This document shows positions 32,194-42,795 of a DNA stretch of 64,000 nt, in pieces. The first letter of the stretch is position 1, and each line of letters opens with the position of its first letter. A program made the translations under genes and the position numbers. The stretch lies in the IMG/VR virus record IMGVR_UViG_3300022839_000007, positions 32,001 to 96,000 of that record. One strand, given 5' to 3'. The notes beneath the pieces were generated by a model. That model ran no database searches. It was not told the DNA's origin and saw only the letters and a program-made list of their open reading frames with translations. This stretch comes from a virus.

Positions 32194-33110
32194 ATAATAA
32201 ATTTCGAGTAGCAGATTGCGACATAGTGTATTTAAGTTACGACGAGCCGAATGCCGAAAAAAACTATGCTGATTTATGTAAAAAGATACCGTGGGTAAAA
32301 CGAGTACACGGAGTTAAAGGCAGCGATGCAGCACATAAAGCCTGTGCTAAAATAAGCGAAACACCGCGATTTATTACAATCGATGGTGACAATATTATTG
32401 ATGCTAGCTTTGTAAACAAGGAATTTGATTTAGATGCAAATAAAGATTTAGCATCGTGTGTTATTAGTTGGACAGCTCGCAATACCATTAATGGATTGAT
32501 GTACGGAAATGGCGGAATCAAATGCTGGCCTACGCAGTATGTTCTAGATATGAAAACGCATGAGAACGCGCCTGCGGATAACGTACATGCGCAGGTAGAT
32601 TTTTGCTGGGATGTTGAATACATTCAAATGAATAGTTGCTACAGCGAAGTTATGAACAATGCTACACCTCAACAAGCATGGCGTGCCGGATTCCGAGAAG
32701 GGTGTAAAATGGCATTAGACCGCGGAGTGCGTGTTAGTCTGGAGGATTTTAAAAAGAACCATTGGAAAAATTTACATCGATTGTATATTTGGTTAATGGT
32801 AGGCGCTGATGTAAAAAACGGATCATGGGCTATATACGGAGCACGTCACGGATTGTATCAAACAATGTGCACCGACTGGGACTTTGTAAATGTGCGAGAC
32901 TTTGAGTATCTTAACCAAATGTGGAATACCATTGATATTACCGAAGAATCGTTACTTAAGTCAATTGACAATTTAGGAACTGATTTAAAATTACATTTAG
33001 GATTGCCTATAGGAATTAATCCCTTAACAGCTGACCAAAGTACATTTTTTAAAACAGTATATCAAAACCCGTCAAGAGTAGCTAATCAACAGTTTATAGA
33101 TCGAGAATAA
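32190..33110 (+). CDS. GT2-like glycosyltransferase
   Basis: DIVYLSYDEPNA...RVHGVKGSDAAHKACA...FITIDGDN; AWRAGFREGCKM. Confidence 0.65.
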   Translation: MNNKFRVADCDIVYLSYDEPNAEKNYADLCKKIPWVKRVHGVKGSDAAHKACAKISETPRFITIDGDNIIDASFVNKEFDLDANKDLASCVISWTARNTINGLMYGNGGIKCWPTQYVLDMKTHENAPADNVHAQVDFCWDVEYIQMNSCYSEVMNNATPQQAWRAGFREGCKMALDRGVRVSLEDFKKNHWKNLHRLYIWLMVGADVKNGSWAIYGARHGLYQTMCTDWDFVNVRDFEYLNQMWNTIDITEESLLKSIDNLGTDLKLHLGLPIGINPLTADQSTFFKTVYQNPSRVANQQFIDRE

Positions 33111-33111
33111 C

Positions 33112-34509
33112 TTGAAAGATTTAAAAAAATGGAAAAAGGATAATCTTGATACAGTAAGTTGTACGTTTTGTGTTGCAAAATGGAAACAAGTTACTTTGCA
33201 TCTTCAAAACGGATTTACCCATAGCTGTCATCACCCTACGTCTCATAAAATTCCGTTAGATGAACTAGTAAATAACCCTAGCGCATTACATAACACAAAA
33301 TTTAAAAAATTACAGCGTAAGTCTATGCTGGAAGGAATCCGTCCAGACGAATGCGATTACTGTTGGCGAGTAGAAGATGCTCCTAATAATCCAATCAGTG
33401 ATAGAACATATAAATCTGCAGAGTCATGGGCAGAAGAATACATTGAAGAAATAATTGCTAAACCGTGGGACGACGATGTAACTCCTAGCTACTTAGAAGT
33501 ATCGTTTAGTAGTGTATGCAACTTCAAATGCAGCTATTGCTCTCCTCAGGTTAGTAGTAAATGGATGGAGGAAATACAACAGCACGGAGCATATCCTACC
33601 TCTAATAAATTTAACGATATAACGTATCTAGACTCTCAAGGAATGATGCCTATACCGCACCGAGTAAAAAATCCGTATGTTGACGCATTTTGGAAATGGT
33701 GGCCAGATGTTTCTCGAGATCTAAGGCATTTTAGAATTACAGGAGGCGAACCGCTGTTATCTAAGGATACGTTTAAGATACTAGACGACCTAATAGCAAA
33801 TCCGCGCCCTAATATGGAGTTTTCTATTAACAGTAATATGTGTATTCCTGATGCAGTTTTTAATAAATTTATAGAAAAAATCAAAATTATTTGCAACGAA
33901 AATAAAGTAAAAAAGTTTAAGATATTTACTAGTGCAGAGGCATATGGTGCTCAGGCAGAGTATATTCGACACGGGCTGGATTATAATCAATGGTTAGACA
34001 ATATACGTCGAGTTTTGAGAGAAATACCAAACTGTACATTTACTTGCACAAGCACTTATAATCTATTGAGTCTCTTTAGCTTCGATAAGCTGTTGGTTGA
34101 TATACTAGAAATTAAAAAAGAGTTTGGCGGTCCTAACAAAAATATTCCAATTATATTAGATACTCCTTATCTAAGATATCCTGCTCACCAGGCTGTATTT
34201 ATAGCAGATAATAGTTGGAATACTCGGTATTTAATACCTCAAGCAGAATTTATTAAATATCATCTTGAAGATAAAACCGTCGCCAACAAGACAAATAATG
34301 GATTTTACAGTTGGGAATTAGATAAGTTTAAGAGAATTTCAAGCATACTATTAGAAGAAAATTTGTCAACTTCTGAACTGTGTATACGTAGATCGGACTT
34401 TGTTAAATTTGTAGACGAGCATGACAAAAGACGTGGAACAACCTTTTTAAAAACATTTCCAGAGATGGCAGAATTTTACAAAAAAATATCCAATGGTGAA
34501 ACATTTTAA
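33112..34509 (+). CDS. Radical SAM enzyme with N-terminal twitch/SPASM-like module
   Basis: CNFKCSYC, ITGGEPLL; N-terminal FCVAKW...SCHH...ECDYCW. Confidence 0.9.
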   Translation: MKDLKKWKKDNLDTVSCTFCVAKWKQVTLHLQNGFTHSCHHPTSHKIPLDELVNNPSALHNTKFKKLQRKSMLEGIRPDECDYCWRVEDAPNNPISDRTYKSAESWAEEYIEEIIAKPWDDDVTPSYLEVSFSSVCNFKCSYCSPQVSSKWMEEIQQHGAYPTSNKFNDITYLDSQGMMPIPHRVKNPYVDAFWKWWPDVSRDLRHFRITGGEPLLSKDTFKILDDLIANPRPNMEFSINSNMCIPDAVFNKFIEKIKIICNENKVKKFKIFTSAEAYGAQAEYIRHGLDYNQWLDNIRRVLREIPNCTFTCTSTYNLLSLFSFDKLLVDILEIKKEFGGPNKNIPIILDTPYLRYPAHQAVFIADNSWNTRYLIPQAEFIKYHLEDKTVANKTNNGFYSWELDKFKRISSILLEENLSTSELCIRRSDFVKFVDEHDKRRGTTFLKTFPEMAEFYKKISNGETF

Positions 34510-35202
34510 ATGTATGACATAGTATTTATTAGTTATCAAGAACCCAATGCAGATGAAAATTACGCTGCATTAAAGGAAAAGTTTCCAACGGCTAAACGCA
34601 TACACGGTGTTGCAGGAATTCATCAAGCCCATATTACAGCAGCAGCAAAATGTTTTACAAAAATGATATGGGTTGTAGACGGCGATGCAATCATATTACC
34701 TACTTTTGATTTTACATATAGCGTAGATTTATATAATTTAGAAACAGTACATGTATGGCGGAGTCAAAATCCTATCAACGATCTTGTATACGGATACGGA
34801 GGAATAAAGTTGCTTCCGAGGAATCTCACAATAAACATGGATGTTAGCAAGCCAGATATGACTACTAGTATCAGTTGCAATTTTCGAGCAATGTCTGAAA
34901 TTTCAAACATCACATCTTTTAACACCGACCCGTTTAGTACCTGGCGTAGTGCATTTAGAGAATGTACCAAGCTTGCATCTAAAGTAATTGACCGACAGAA
35001 CGACAACGAAACACAACAAAGATTACATACATGGTGTACAGTAGGAGTAGATAGGCCGTATGGCAACTATGCACTTGCTGGAGCAAAAGCAGGAGCAGTA
35101 TACGGTTTTCAAAATCAAACTAATATCGTTGCTCTTAAAATGATCAACAACTTTAGTTGGCTAAAGGAGAAGTTTGATGATACATTCAAGCAAGTTTTTT
35201 GA
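34510..35202 (+). CDS. GT2-like glycosyltransferase (paralogue of 32190)
   Basis: YDIVFISYQEPNA...WVVDGDA...TWRSAFRECTKL. Confidence 0.65.
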   Translation: MYDIVFISYQEPNADENYAALKEKFPTAKRIHGVAGIHQAHITAAAKCFTKMIWVVDGDAIILPTFDFTYSVDLYNLETVHVWRSQNPINDLVYGYGGIKLLPRNLTINMDVSKPDMTTSISCNFRAMSEISNITSFNTDPFSTWRSAFRECTKLASKVIDRQNDNETQQRLHTWCTVGVDRPYGNYALAGAKAGAVYGFQNQTNIVALKMINNFSWLKEKFDDTFKQVF

Positions 35203-35821
35203 TAATTTTGGACAATTTATTTCTCGATACCCTGATACAGATTTAATTGATCTGTTTTCAAAGGGACAAATAGAATCTAAGCGTTGGTTAGTAAATACGG
35301 TAATAAATTTAAACTTAGATTTAGGATCTGTCTTTTTATGTGCAGGGTGGTATGGAACTCTGGCAACGTTTATATTTGAATCTGGCATACCACTAACACA
35401 AATTAGAAGCTTTGATATAGACCCAATTTGTGCTGGTCGTGCTGATTCATTTAATCGTTGTTGGGTAATAGATGGGTGGAAATTTAAAGCTAGTACACTT
35501 AATATACACGATATGACTTATCCATTAACATACACAACAATTAGAGCTAACGGTACGGAGGCAGGCTTATGTGAAACTCCAAATTCAGTCATTAATACAA
35601 GTTGCGAACATATTGATAATTTTTCTAAATGGTATAAAAAAATTCCCAACGGAACACTGCTAATACTACAAAGTAACAATTTCTTTGAAATATCAGATCA
35701 TATTAATTGTGTCAAAAATAATGACGAATTTGCATTGCAGACCCCTATGTCTGTTGAATTATTTAATGACGAACTAGAATTACCAGCGTATAAAAGATTT
35801 ATGCGAATTGGATATAAATGA
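35177..35821 (+). CDS. Class I SAM-dependent methyltransferase-like protein
   Basis: GQIESKRWL, LCAGWYG (motif I), SFDIDP, VINTSCEH. Confidence 0.65.
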   Translation: MIHSSKFFDNFGQFISRYPDTDLIDLFSKGQIESKRWLVNTVINLNLDLGSVFLCAGWYGTLATFIFESGIPLTQIRSFDIDPICAGRADSFNRCWVIDGWKFKASTLNIHDMTYPLTYTTIRANGTEAGLCETPNSVINTSCEHIDNFSKWYKKIPNGTLLILQSNNFFEISDHINCVKNNDEFALQTPMSVELFNDELELPAYKRFMRIGYK

Positions 35822-36534
35822 AAATACAAATTTTATCAATGCCGCGTACCGGTAGTTCTTATTTAAAAACAATGTTGAATTTTCAAATGACAAAATATGT
35901 AAATTATTTTACTATTTCGGAACCGTTTAATGATAGCAAACAATCCCTTATTAAATATCAGAATAGAAATACTATAATTAATAGTATTAAATCATCCGAC
36001 AACGCATTGGTTAAGAGTCACATACACGAACTAATTAATATACAACATACTGACGTTTTTAAAGAATATTCTGCCATAGACTGGTACACGATTTGTCTTT
36101 TGCGCAGAAATATATTTACATTAACATTAAGCAGAGTAATTGCAATTAGCACCGGCGTATGGGACAATCAAAATTTTAAAAATTTAATTATGCATATTGA
36201 TTTTGAAATTTTTAAAAATTATTTAATCCAAACATTAAACTGGATAAGATTTATTAAACTTAATTCGTTTAATTTTATATTTCATAAAGTAGTTTTTTAC
36301 GAAGATCTATTATTTAAATCGGAATCCGATTTAAATAATATAGGTATACCGGTAACTCATACTACTTATTATGCACCATCTCGACTATATTTAAAAAGAG
36401 ATATAATTAGCAACTATAACGAACTCTATCAGAACACTATTGAGTTTACTAGAGGAATTCAAGACTTATCGTTTGACGGTGTATATTTACAGGATAACAT
36501 AATTTTTAACAATAATTCAACTTTGAATATATAA
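35818..36534 (+). CDS. Sulfotransferase-family protein
   Basis: MPRTGSSYL 5'-PAPS loop; SEPF; LLRRN...S 3'-PB motif; FYEDL. Confidence 0.75.
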   Translation: MKIQILSMPRTGSSYLKTMLNFQMTKYVNYFTISEPFNDSKQSLIKYQNRNTIINSIKSSDNALVKSHIHELINIQHTDVFKEYSAIDWYTICLLRRNIFTLTLSRVIAISTGVWDNQNFKNLIMHIDFEIFKNYLIQTLNWIRFIKLNSFNFIFHKVVFYEDLLFKSESDLNNIGIPVTHTTYYAPSRLYLKRDIISNYNELYQNTIEFTRGIQDLSFDGVYLQDNIIFNNNSTLNI

Positions 36535-36578
36535 GGGTTTTGTGGTCATAAGTACTATGTAATTAATTGGAGACTAGG

Positions 36579-37727
36579 TTGTCACTTATCAAATGTTTAC
36601 ACATTACAAAAGGTATGCGTATCTCTTTTAGAGAAATTTGCAATCAAGTATATTTTTTTAGAAAACCATGCTGTGAAATGCACACGTCGGATATGCCAGC
36701 TGATATATCTAAATTTGTCCCCTATGTGGATGTTACTAGTATTTTTTCTCACCCTACGATAAAATACTTTAATAGCTGGGTAAATACAGAAGAAATAATG
36801 CATCCTAGTTGCCAACCCTGCAAAATTAAAGAATCATTAGGTATACACAGTGCAAGGATGCAATCAAATCTACATACAGATGCACCGTATGACATATTAC
36901 TATTAGATGTTGTAATTGGAAATGCTTGTAATCTTGCTTGTCCATTTTGTGATAGTACTTCTAGTTCATTGATAAACAAAATTTCAAAAAAACAAAATAT
37001 TGCCGAGCTTCCTACAAATTGGAAGACAGCAACGCACAAGCTTGCTTCGTCTAACAGTATTTCTAAAATAATATCCGAGTTGTTAACAACATATAAAGTT
37101 AAACAGCTTAAATTAATAGGCGGCGAACCATTTTTAAAAGAAAATTGGGAATCAATTGGCAATATTTTAGATCAAGATTATTGTAAAGATCTTGAAATAT
37201 CAATTACCTCTAACGGAACGGTATTGAACAAAAGAATTCTACAGAGTCTAAAAAATACAAAAACTACCGAATTAAGAATTAGCGTAGACAGTATAGGAAG
37301 CAACTACGAATTTATTAGATGGCCGCATTCGTGGAAAAAGATGGAAGACAACTTAAATTTTTTAAAAAACAACACAGCTAATAATATTCAAATATCAGTA
37401 GCAAATTTAATTTCTGTTTTAAATTTTGAATTTCTTCCAGAGATCGAAGAATATTTTTCAAATTTGCCATTTTTTTGTGGATACAATTTTGACATTAAGC
37501 CAAAAACATCATTATTACATTATTCCAATATTCCAAATAATATAAAAATACAAGTTAGAGATCGAATTAAAAACAAAGATTTAAAAAAAATGATCGAACT
37601 CTATGAAACGGATGTAGACTCGGTACTAATTCAAAAACAATTTGAATTTTTTTTAAAACATAGAAAATTATCCACGGCTGCAAATGCAGTCGGTCCTATG
37701 ACTGCTAAATGGTTATCATTAACATGA
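36579..37727 (+). CDS. Radical SAM enzyme with N-terminal twitch module
   Basis: CNLACPFC, LIGGEPF, YEFIRWP; N-terminal KPCC...SCQPC; TTG at 36579 follows GGAG (track start 36567). Confidence 0.9.
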   Translation: MSLIKCLHITKGMRISFREICNQVYFFRKPCCEMHTSDMPADISKFVPYVDVTSIFSHPTIKYFNSWVNTEEIMHPSCQPCKIKESLGIHSARMQSNLHTDAPYDILLLDVVIGNACNLACPFCDSTSSSLINKISKKQNIAELPTNWKTATHKLASSNSISKIISELLTTYKVKQLKLIGGEPFLKENWESIGNILDQDYCKDLEISITSNGTVLNKRILQSLKNTKTTELRISVDSIGSNYEFIRWPHSWKKMEDNLNFLKNNTANNIQISVANLISVLNFEFLPEIEEYFSNLPFFCGYNFDIKPKTSLLHYSNIPNNIKIQVRDRIKNKDLKKMIELYETDVDSVLIQKQFEFFLKHRKLSTAANAVGPMTAKWLSLT

Positions 37728-38692
37728 TATTATTAAACACTCGCACTGGTATAAAAAAAGCAAACATCGGTACCGTAAAAACTTCTTTAAATAAATTTAA
37801 AGGATGGTATTGCGGTGCAGGCATGGACTTCTTGTGGATAAATGATAAAGGATATATATTTGGAAATGTATGCAGGCATAGCGGATGCTATGGAAATCTT
37901 TATACAGAATTTACACTTCCGACAGAGCCTATGATTTGTCCAGCTAGTTCGTGTTATTGCGCAGCAGATATTGATATATTAAAAGCTAAAACCCAAAGTG
38001 ATTTTACTGAGTTTGCAGCCAACATTACTAACAGCGACCTATTTTATATAGATGATTACAACAACCAAGAAGTAATTAGTTTATGCGGAGTAAGTAAAAC
38101 TAATCAAAATAAGTTTTTTAGTATTAACTGGAATATTGGAAAAAGATGTAACTATTCATGTACGTATTGTCCGCCAGCAGTGCATGACAACTTTAGTCCG
38201 CATATGCCGTTTGATACGTTTAAAAAAGCTATTAACAAGATACAGGAATCAATATCTCATAAAAAAATACAAATAACATTTACTGGAGGAGAACCTACTA
38301 TAAATCCTAATTTTTTTAAAATTGTAGATTATTGCGTTAATTTGGGCATCAAGGTATTTACAAATACTAACGGCACTTGTACTGTAAAAAAAATGTATAA
38401 ACTAATACAGGCCGGCGGCGCAATGGTAAGTGTACATGCAGAATTTGCACAACAAAAAAAGCTTGTAGGAAAAATTCAAGAAGTGTTACTATACAATCTA
38501 TCCGGTAATCTTAATGTAAAATATATGTTAGCACCGGGCAAATTAGAAGAATGTAAGCAATTTATCAGTATTTTGCCTCCAAGAACTTCAAAATTCAAAT
38601 TCAGTATAGAGCCGCTAGTTGATAAGATAAATGACAGAACTATGCTTATATATAGTTTAGAAGAAATTAAAATTATACAGGAAACGCAATGA
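37724..38692 (+). CDS. Radical SAM enzyme, SPASM-like Cys module placed N-terminal to the core
   Basis: KFKGWYCGAG...VC...ICPASSCYCAAD, then WNIGKRCNYSCTYC and FTGGEPT; ATGA overlap with the previous stop. Confidence 0.9.
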   Translation: MILLNTRTGIKKANIGTVKTSLNKFKGWYCGAGMDFLWINDKGYIFGNVCRHSGCYGNLYTEFTLPTEPMICPASSCYCAADIDILKAKTQSDFTEFAANITNSDLFYIDDYNNQEVISLCGVSKTNQNKFFSINWNIGKRCNYSCTYCPPAVHDNFSPHMPFDTFKKAINKIQESISHKKIQITFTGGEPTINPNFFKIVDYCVNLGIKVFTNTNGTCTVKKMYKLIQAGGAMVSVHAEFAQQKKLVGKIQEVLLYNLSGNLNVKYMLAPGKLEECKQFISILPPRTSKFKFSIEPLVDKINDRTMLIYSLEEIKIIQETQ

Positions 38693-39363
38693 CACAGATT
38701 GTATCAATACAAAGTAATCGCCCTCAGAATATATTTTACGTTCATTGGAATTTAGGAAAACGCTGCAATTTTGATTGTTCGTATTGTGCCGACAGTTTAC
38801 ATGACTTTATTAGCCCTCATCGTTCGTTGGAAAATTTAATTACAATAGCAGATAATATGAAGAAAAACATTCTACACGATAAAATTAGGATATGGTTTAC
38901 AGGTGGAGAGCCTACGGTTAACCCTAATTTTTTAAAATTTTGCAAGTATTTGTACGCAGATGGCAGGTTTTTGTTAGGATTAAACACTAATGGAAGTAGA
39001 ACCACTCGATATTATTTAAATTTATTAGAGTGCGTGGATACAATACAATTTAGTAGTCATTTTGAATTTTTAAAAGATGACAAATTTAAAGAAACATTGA
39101 CTACACTAGTTAAAGAAACGTACGGTTCAGGGAAGGCAGTTAATATAAACTTAATGATGGAGCCTGAATATTGGGATAGGGCGGTATCTCTCATTAAACA
39201 TTGCAAACAGTTTTCTATTGAATATCATATTAAACGAATACGTAATAAGGACAACTTTACTTCCATTAACAGACAATATTCTCCAATATACACCGATGAC
39301 CAGTTAAGATTTATCACAGATGCCGAGTATAGACATACTTATTTAGAGGATTACAATGAGTGA
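38689..39363 (+). CDS. Radical SAM core domain (no auxiliary module)
   Basis: WNLGKRCNFDCSYC, FTGGEPT, NTNGSRT. Confidence 0.9.
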   Translation: MTQIVSIQSNRPQNIFYVHWNLGKRCNFDCSYCADSLHDFISPHRSLENLITIADNMKKNILHDKIRIWFTGGEPTVNPNFLKFCKYLYADGRFLLGLNTNGSRTTRYYLNLLECVDTIQFSSHFEFLKDDKFKETLTTLVKETYGSGKAVNINLMMEPEYWDRAVSLIKHCKQFSIEYHIKRIRNKDNFTSINRQYSPIYTDDQLRFITDAEYRHTYLEDYNE

Positions 39364-39721
39364 TATTGTGTGCTATACCTCCGACGGAATTGCATCTGAA
39401 TTGTGGGCCAATGACTTAGTAAAATCCGAAATGGTCAATTTTGAAGGGTGGCAATGCGGTATCGGAACCGAAAGTATTGAGATTCGTAGCGATGGGTCGA
39501 TATACAGAGGAGTATGCAAAGTAGGAGGAAAAATTGGACATGTCGACGACGAAGTGTGGAATTTTCCTAAAACGTTTATTGTTTGTAATAAAACTTCGTG
39601 TACATGTGTTGCCGATATTAAGTCTACACGTTATAAAAATGCACAATACAGATCCGAGTTATCTCAACAAGTTACTGAAAGGATTTTGCAAAATGGCGGA
39701 CATAATCCAATTAATGTTTGA
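39356..39721 (+). CDS. Stand-alone SPASM/twitch-like Fe-S module
   Basis: NFEGWQCGIG...GVC...VCNKTSCTCVAD, homologous to the N-terminus of 37724; own GAGGA RBS. Confidence 0.8.
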   Translation: MSDIVCYTSDGIASELWANDLVKSEMVNFEGWQCGIGTESIEIRSDGSIYRGVCKVGGKIGHVDDEVWNFPKTFIVCNKTSCTCVADIKSTRYKNAQYRSELSQQVTERILQNGGHNPINV

Positions 39722-40541
39722 CAACTCAACTAGTCTATCTATTTTAATGAATCAAAACAAATTTGTAAATAAGTGGTTAGAGTTGTTATCAACATATAAT
39801 AATCAGATTCCTGGGCAGTACGAATACGATATACAAATATCTGGAATTGGCAGAGATTATGTAATTGATGAATTGTTAGAAGTAATGACAGAAATTAATA
39901 ATCATCATCCGCATACAATTCCTATTAATTATTTTCATCGGCATTTATCACATGTTGAATTAAGCGACATACACTTTATATATGAAAAAATTGAATCAGA
40001 TAATGTTTGGTTGTCAACTGGTAGACTTTCTTATAACTGCATCTGTTTTTACAAGTCCAAGTTGAATGATTTAATACACGAAATGGAAGCAATGTTAGGC
40101 AAGCGTACTACGCCGAGGGTGAGATTTAGGATTGTTGATCCTGTAACCAAAGTGCCTAACACATATAAACCAGAGTTAGATATTAGTGATTACAAATTAT
40201 TTGAACCAATTATACGCCCCTATGTTGTATATTTAAATTATAACGCAGTAGGTGAGGACTTTATAAAAACATTTAAATCTAACAGAGATCCAAGCACAGC
40301 GGTTCCGCTAACTAAATATAGTCCTAGTTTTTTCTTTGTAACACACGCGATTGATATACATTTGCAACAACATACCGTACTACAATGTAGAAAGTGGATG
40401 TTAAATGCAGGGTACAACAGCGAGGATTATAAAAACAGTTTTGGATATATTCCGTTAGGCGTAGTATTTAAAAATAGTTCCGATAACGATATTTCTACCA
40501 CTATCAAAACCTCTAAGCTAATCGGAGTTAACATTACATGA
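39693..40541 (+). CDS. Hypothetical protein
   Basis: ORF starting MADIIQLMF (track start 39534 overlaps the previous gene heavily); LNDLIHEME, GYIPLG motifs. Confidence 0.6.
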   Translation: MADIIQLMFDNSTSLSILMNQNKFVNKWLELLSTYNNQIPGQYEYDIQISGIGRDYVIDELLEVMTEINNHHPHTIPINYFHRHLSHVELSDIHFIYEKIESDNVWLSTGRLSYNCICFYKSKLNDLIHEMEAMLGKRTTPRVRFRIVDPVTKVPNTYKPELDISDYKLFEPIIRPYVVYLNYNAVGEDFIKTFKSNRDPSTAVPLTKYSPSFFFVTHAIDIHLQQHTVLQCRKWMLNAGYNSEDYKNSFGYIPLGVVFKNSSDNDISTTIKTSKLIGVNIT

Positions 40542-41554
40542 AAATATTTCCAAAGTGCTTAACTGGAAAATTGCCACAAGTGACATATAATGGATATGTA
40601 ATGCCATGTTGCTGGGTTCCGTATACTAAAACAATATCTTACACTGATAATACAAATAAGGCAAATCCTTTTTTACATGACGATTTTAATCTATACAATA
40701 ATGATTTTAATAGTATTGTTGGAAGTGAAAAGTGGGTAAACATGTTGAACGATACATTTTATAAGGATGTAATTCCGTATAAATGTTCAGTGGCATGTAA
40801 GTCCTTTATTTTAGAAAATGGAAAAGTATCGTCGGCAAACTCACGTCAGCCAAAATTCTTTTTAGAAGAATCTAACATAACGTCGTATTGGAAAAAGCAA
40901 AGTGCGGACCGAGAAATTTTTAATAATAGTACAACACACCCAGCAGATATTGTTGAAGTAAATCTTGAAACTACTAGTAGATGTACACTACAATGTCCGT
41001 ACTGTTCGAGGACTATTGAAAAACATACTTATCAAAAAGGGGACTTAGATTTTGAGGTAGTTAAAAAGTTACTTTATGCACGAGATTGGAAAACAGTAGT
41101 AGATTGTCCTAGATACGGCGATCCAATATTTTACAAACACTTTTCGGATATGATGGATTTACTAAAGGATGCTCCGGTTAAAACTTATCGAATACACGTT
41201 TCTGCAACAGGACGCGGAACTTCCTGGTGGGATAATACTGTGAAACAATTCTTACAGTTAAAATCCTGTGGAACTAGAGTTGTTATTACATTCGGAATAG
41301 ACGGGCTTGCAGATACTTCTAAAATTCATAGAATTGGGCAAAACTGGGAAGAAATTATATATGCTTTAAAAAAATGTGCTGCGGCAGGAATTGAAACTAT
41401 ATGGCAATTTATACCGTTTAGTCATAACGAGCACCAGATTCAAGAAGCAAAGGAATTATCAAAACTGTTTAATGCAAAGTTTAAAATAGTAATAAGCAAC
41501 CGATTTAGTACAGTTGATAAGTTTAGACCACTTGACCCAGCGTTAAGTGTATAA
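40538..41554 (+). CDS. Radical SAM enzyme with N-terminal SPASM/twitch module
   Basis: PKC...GYVMPCCW...KCSVAC, then TSRCTLQCPYC; FGIDG...WQFIPFSHNEHQI. Confidence 0.85.
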   Translation: MKIFPKCLTGKLPQVTYNGYVMPCCWVPYTKTISYTDNTNKANPFLHDDFNLYNNDFNSIVGSEKWVNMLNDTFYKDVIPYKCSVACKSFILENGKVSSANSRQPKFFLEESNITSYWKKQSADREIFNNSTTHPADIVEVNLETTSRCTLQCPYCSRTIEKHTYQKGDLDFEVVKKLLYARDWKTVVDCPRYGDPIFYKHFSDMMDLLKDAPVKTYRIHVSATGRGTSWWDNTVKQFLQLKSCGTRVVITFGIDGLADTSKIHRIGQNWEEIIYALKKCAAAGIETIWQFIPFSHNEHQIQEAKELSKLFNAKFKIVISNRFSTVDKFRPLDPALSV

Positions 41555-41594
41555 CAAATATTATTCTATTTTTAATCCAATATAAAAATAATAT

Positions 41595-41602
41595 CATAAA
41601 TA
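41595..41602 (+). promoter_or_regulatory. Possible late promoter (CATAAATA)
   Basis: Consensus match in a very AT-rich spacer, so chance is possible. Confidence 0.4.
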
Positions 41603-41635
41603 TAAGAAAATATCAATAATTTTAAAATAACAAAC

Positions 41636-42274
41636 ATGATAACACATAATATTAACAATATTAATACCTTTAATGTATATCCCGGAACTACCGGAGTATG
41701 TGTAAGCGGCGGCGCCGATAGTGCGTTGCTCTTGTATTTTAATTTAAAGTACGCAATTTCTAAAATACATATATTTTCTTTGGCTAATCAAAAAAAATTA
41801 AGAAATTCTCGATTAGCAATTAATGTTATTAGTAAATGCGCAGAATTAACTAACAATTTCAACTTTGAGCATCATATCATGTATGCCAACGCACAAACCA
41901 AAGAAAATTTATTTATATTACCGGATTTATATATTACAGAAAATAAAATTAACACGATTTGCACCGGTATAACTAAGAATCCTCCTAAAACTGTAACTGA
42001 CAATTTTTTATTGCCAACTAAGGAAACCCTTGAAAGAAATCCCGAGGTAGTTAGACCGACATTATATAATAACACATTATATCTACCATGGACTAATATC
42101 GACAAACGCGAAGTGTGTAACATTTATCAACAATACAATTTGTTAGAAACTTTGTTTACAGAAACACGAAGTTGTGAATGGGATCATACAGTTCCTACCT
42201 CCGATCCTGGCGATTTTCATTGCGGAAAATGTTGGTGGTGCGAAGAGAGATTGTGGGGGTTTGGTAAATTATGA
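41636..42274 (+). CDS. QueC-like PP-loop ATPase (7-cyano-7-deazaguanine synthase fold)
   Basis: VSGGADSA PP-loop; TRSC...HCGKCWWCEER zinc site. Confidence 0.7.
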   Translation: MITHNINNINTFNVYPGTTGVCVSGGADSALLLYFNLKYAISKIHIFSLANQKKLRNSRLAINVISKCAELTNNFNFEHHIMYANAQTKENLFILPDLYITENKINTICTGITKNPPKTVTDNFLLPTKETLERNPEVVRPTLYNNTLYLPWTNIDKREVCNIYQQYNLLETLFTETRSCEWDHTVPTSDPGDFHCGKCWWCEERLWGFGKL

Positions 42275-42795
42275 AATATGCGATTACCGGGCATACTAGC
42301 GGTATCGGGCATGAATTATTTAAACAATTGTCGCCTGATATTATAGGATTTAGTAAAACAACAGGATATGATATTTGCCAAACTAAAGATAGGCAACAAA
42401 TCATTGACGAATCTTACGAATGCGACATATTTATTAATAACGCACATAACGGCTATTGCCAAACAGAGATGTTATACGAAGTGTTTAATACATGGAAAGA
42501 TATGGATAAATTAATAATTAATATAGGAAGCGATACAACTTGTGGAATAAAAAACAAAGCTTGGCAATATAGTGCCGAAAAAGCAGCATTAGATAAGGCA
42601 AATGAGCAACTTGGATTTTTAAAGAAAGCTTGCAAAGTATCTATGGTACGATTTGGATTTGTAGGAACACCAAGAATTATAGAATATTTTAATCCAAAAA
42701 CATTTATAACACTTGAAGACTCGGCTAAAATTATAATATGTCAACTGCCTTGGATGAAAAAATATAGATTATTAGACTTTACAATAACATCTTAA
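42271..42795 (+). CDS. Short-chain dehydrogenase/reductase (compact)
   Basis: ITGHTSGIG, FINNA, IINIGS, YSAEK (YxxxK). Confidence 0.8.
   Translation: MKYAITGHTSGIGHELFKQLSPDIIGFSKTTGYDICQTKDRQQIIDESYECDIFINNAHNGYCQTEMLYEVFNTWKDMDKLIINIGSDTTCGIKNKAWQYSAEKAALDKANEQLGFLKKACKVSMVRFGFVGTPRIIEYFNPKTFITLEDSAKIIICQLPWMKKYRLLDFTITS

Noticed and set aside
39534-39692. N-terminal extension of the 39534 ORF as a true overlapping gene
   Set aside because: It overlaps the clearly conserved SPASM module; ATG 39693 gives a normal short overlap
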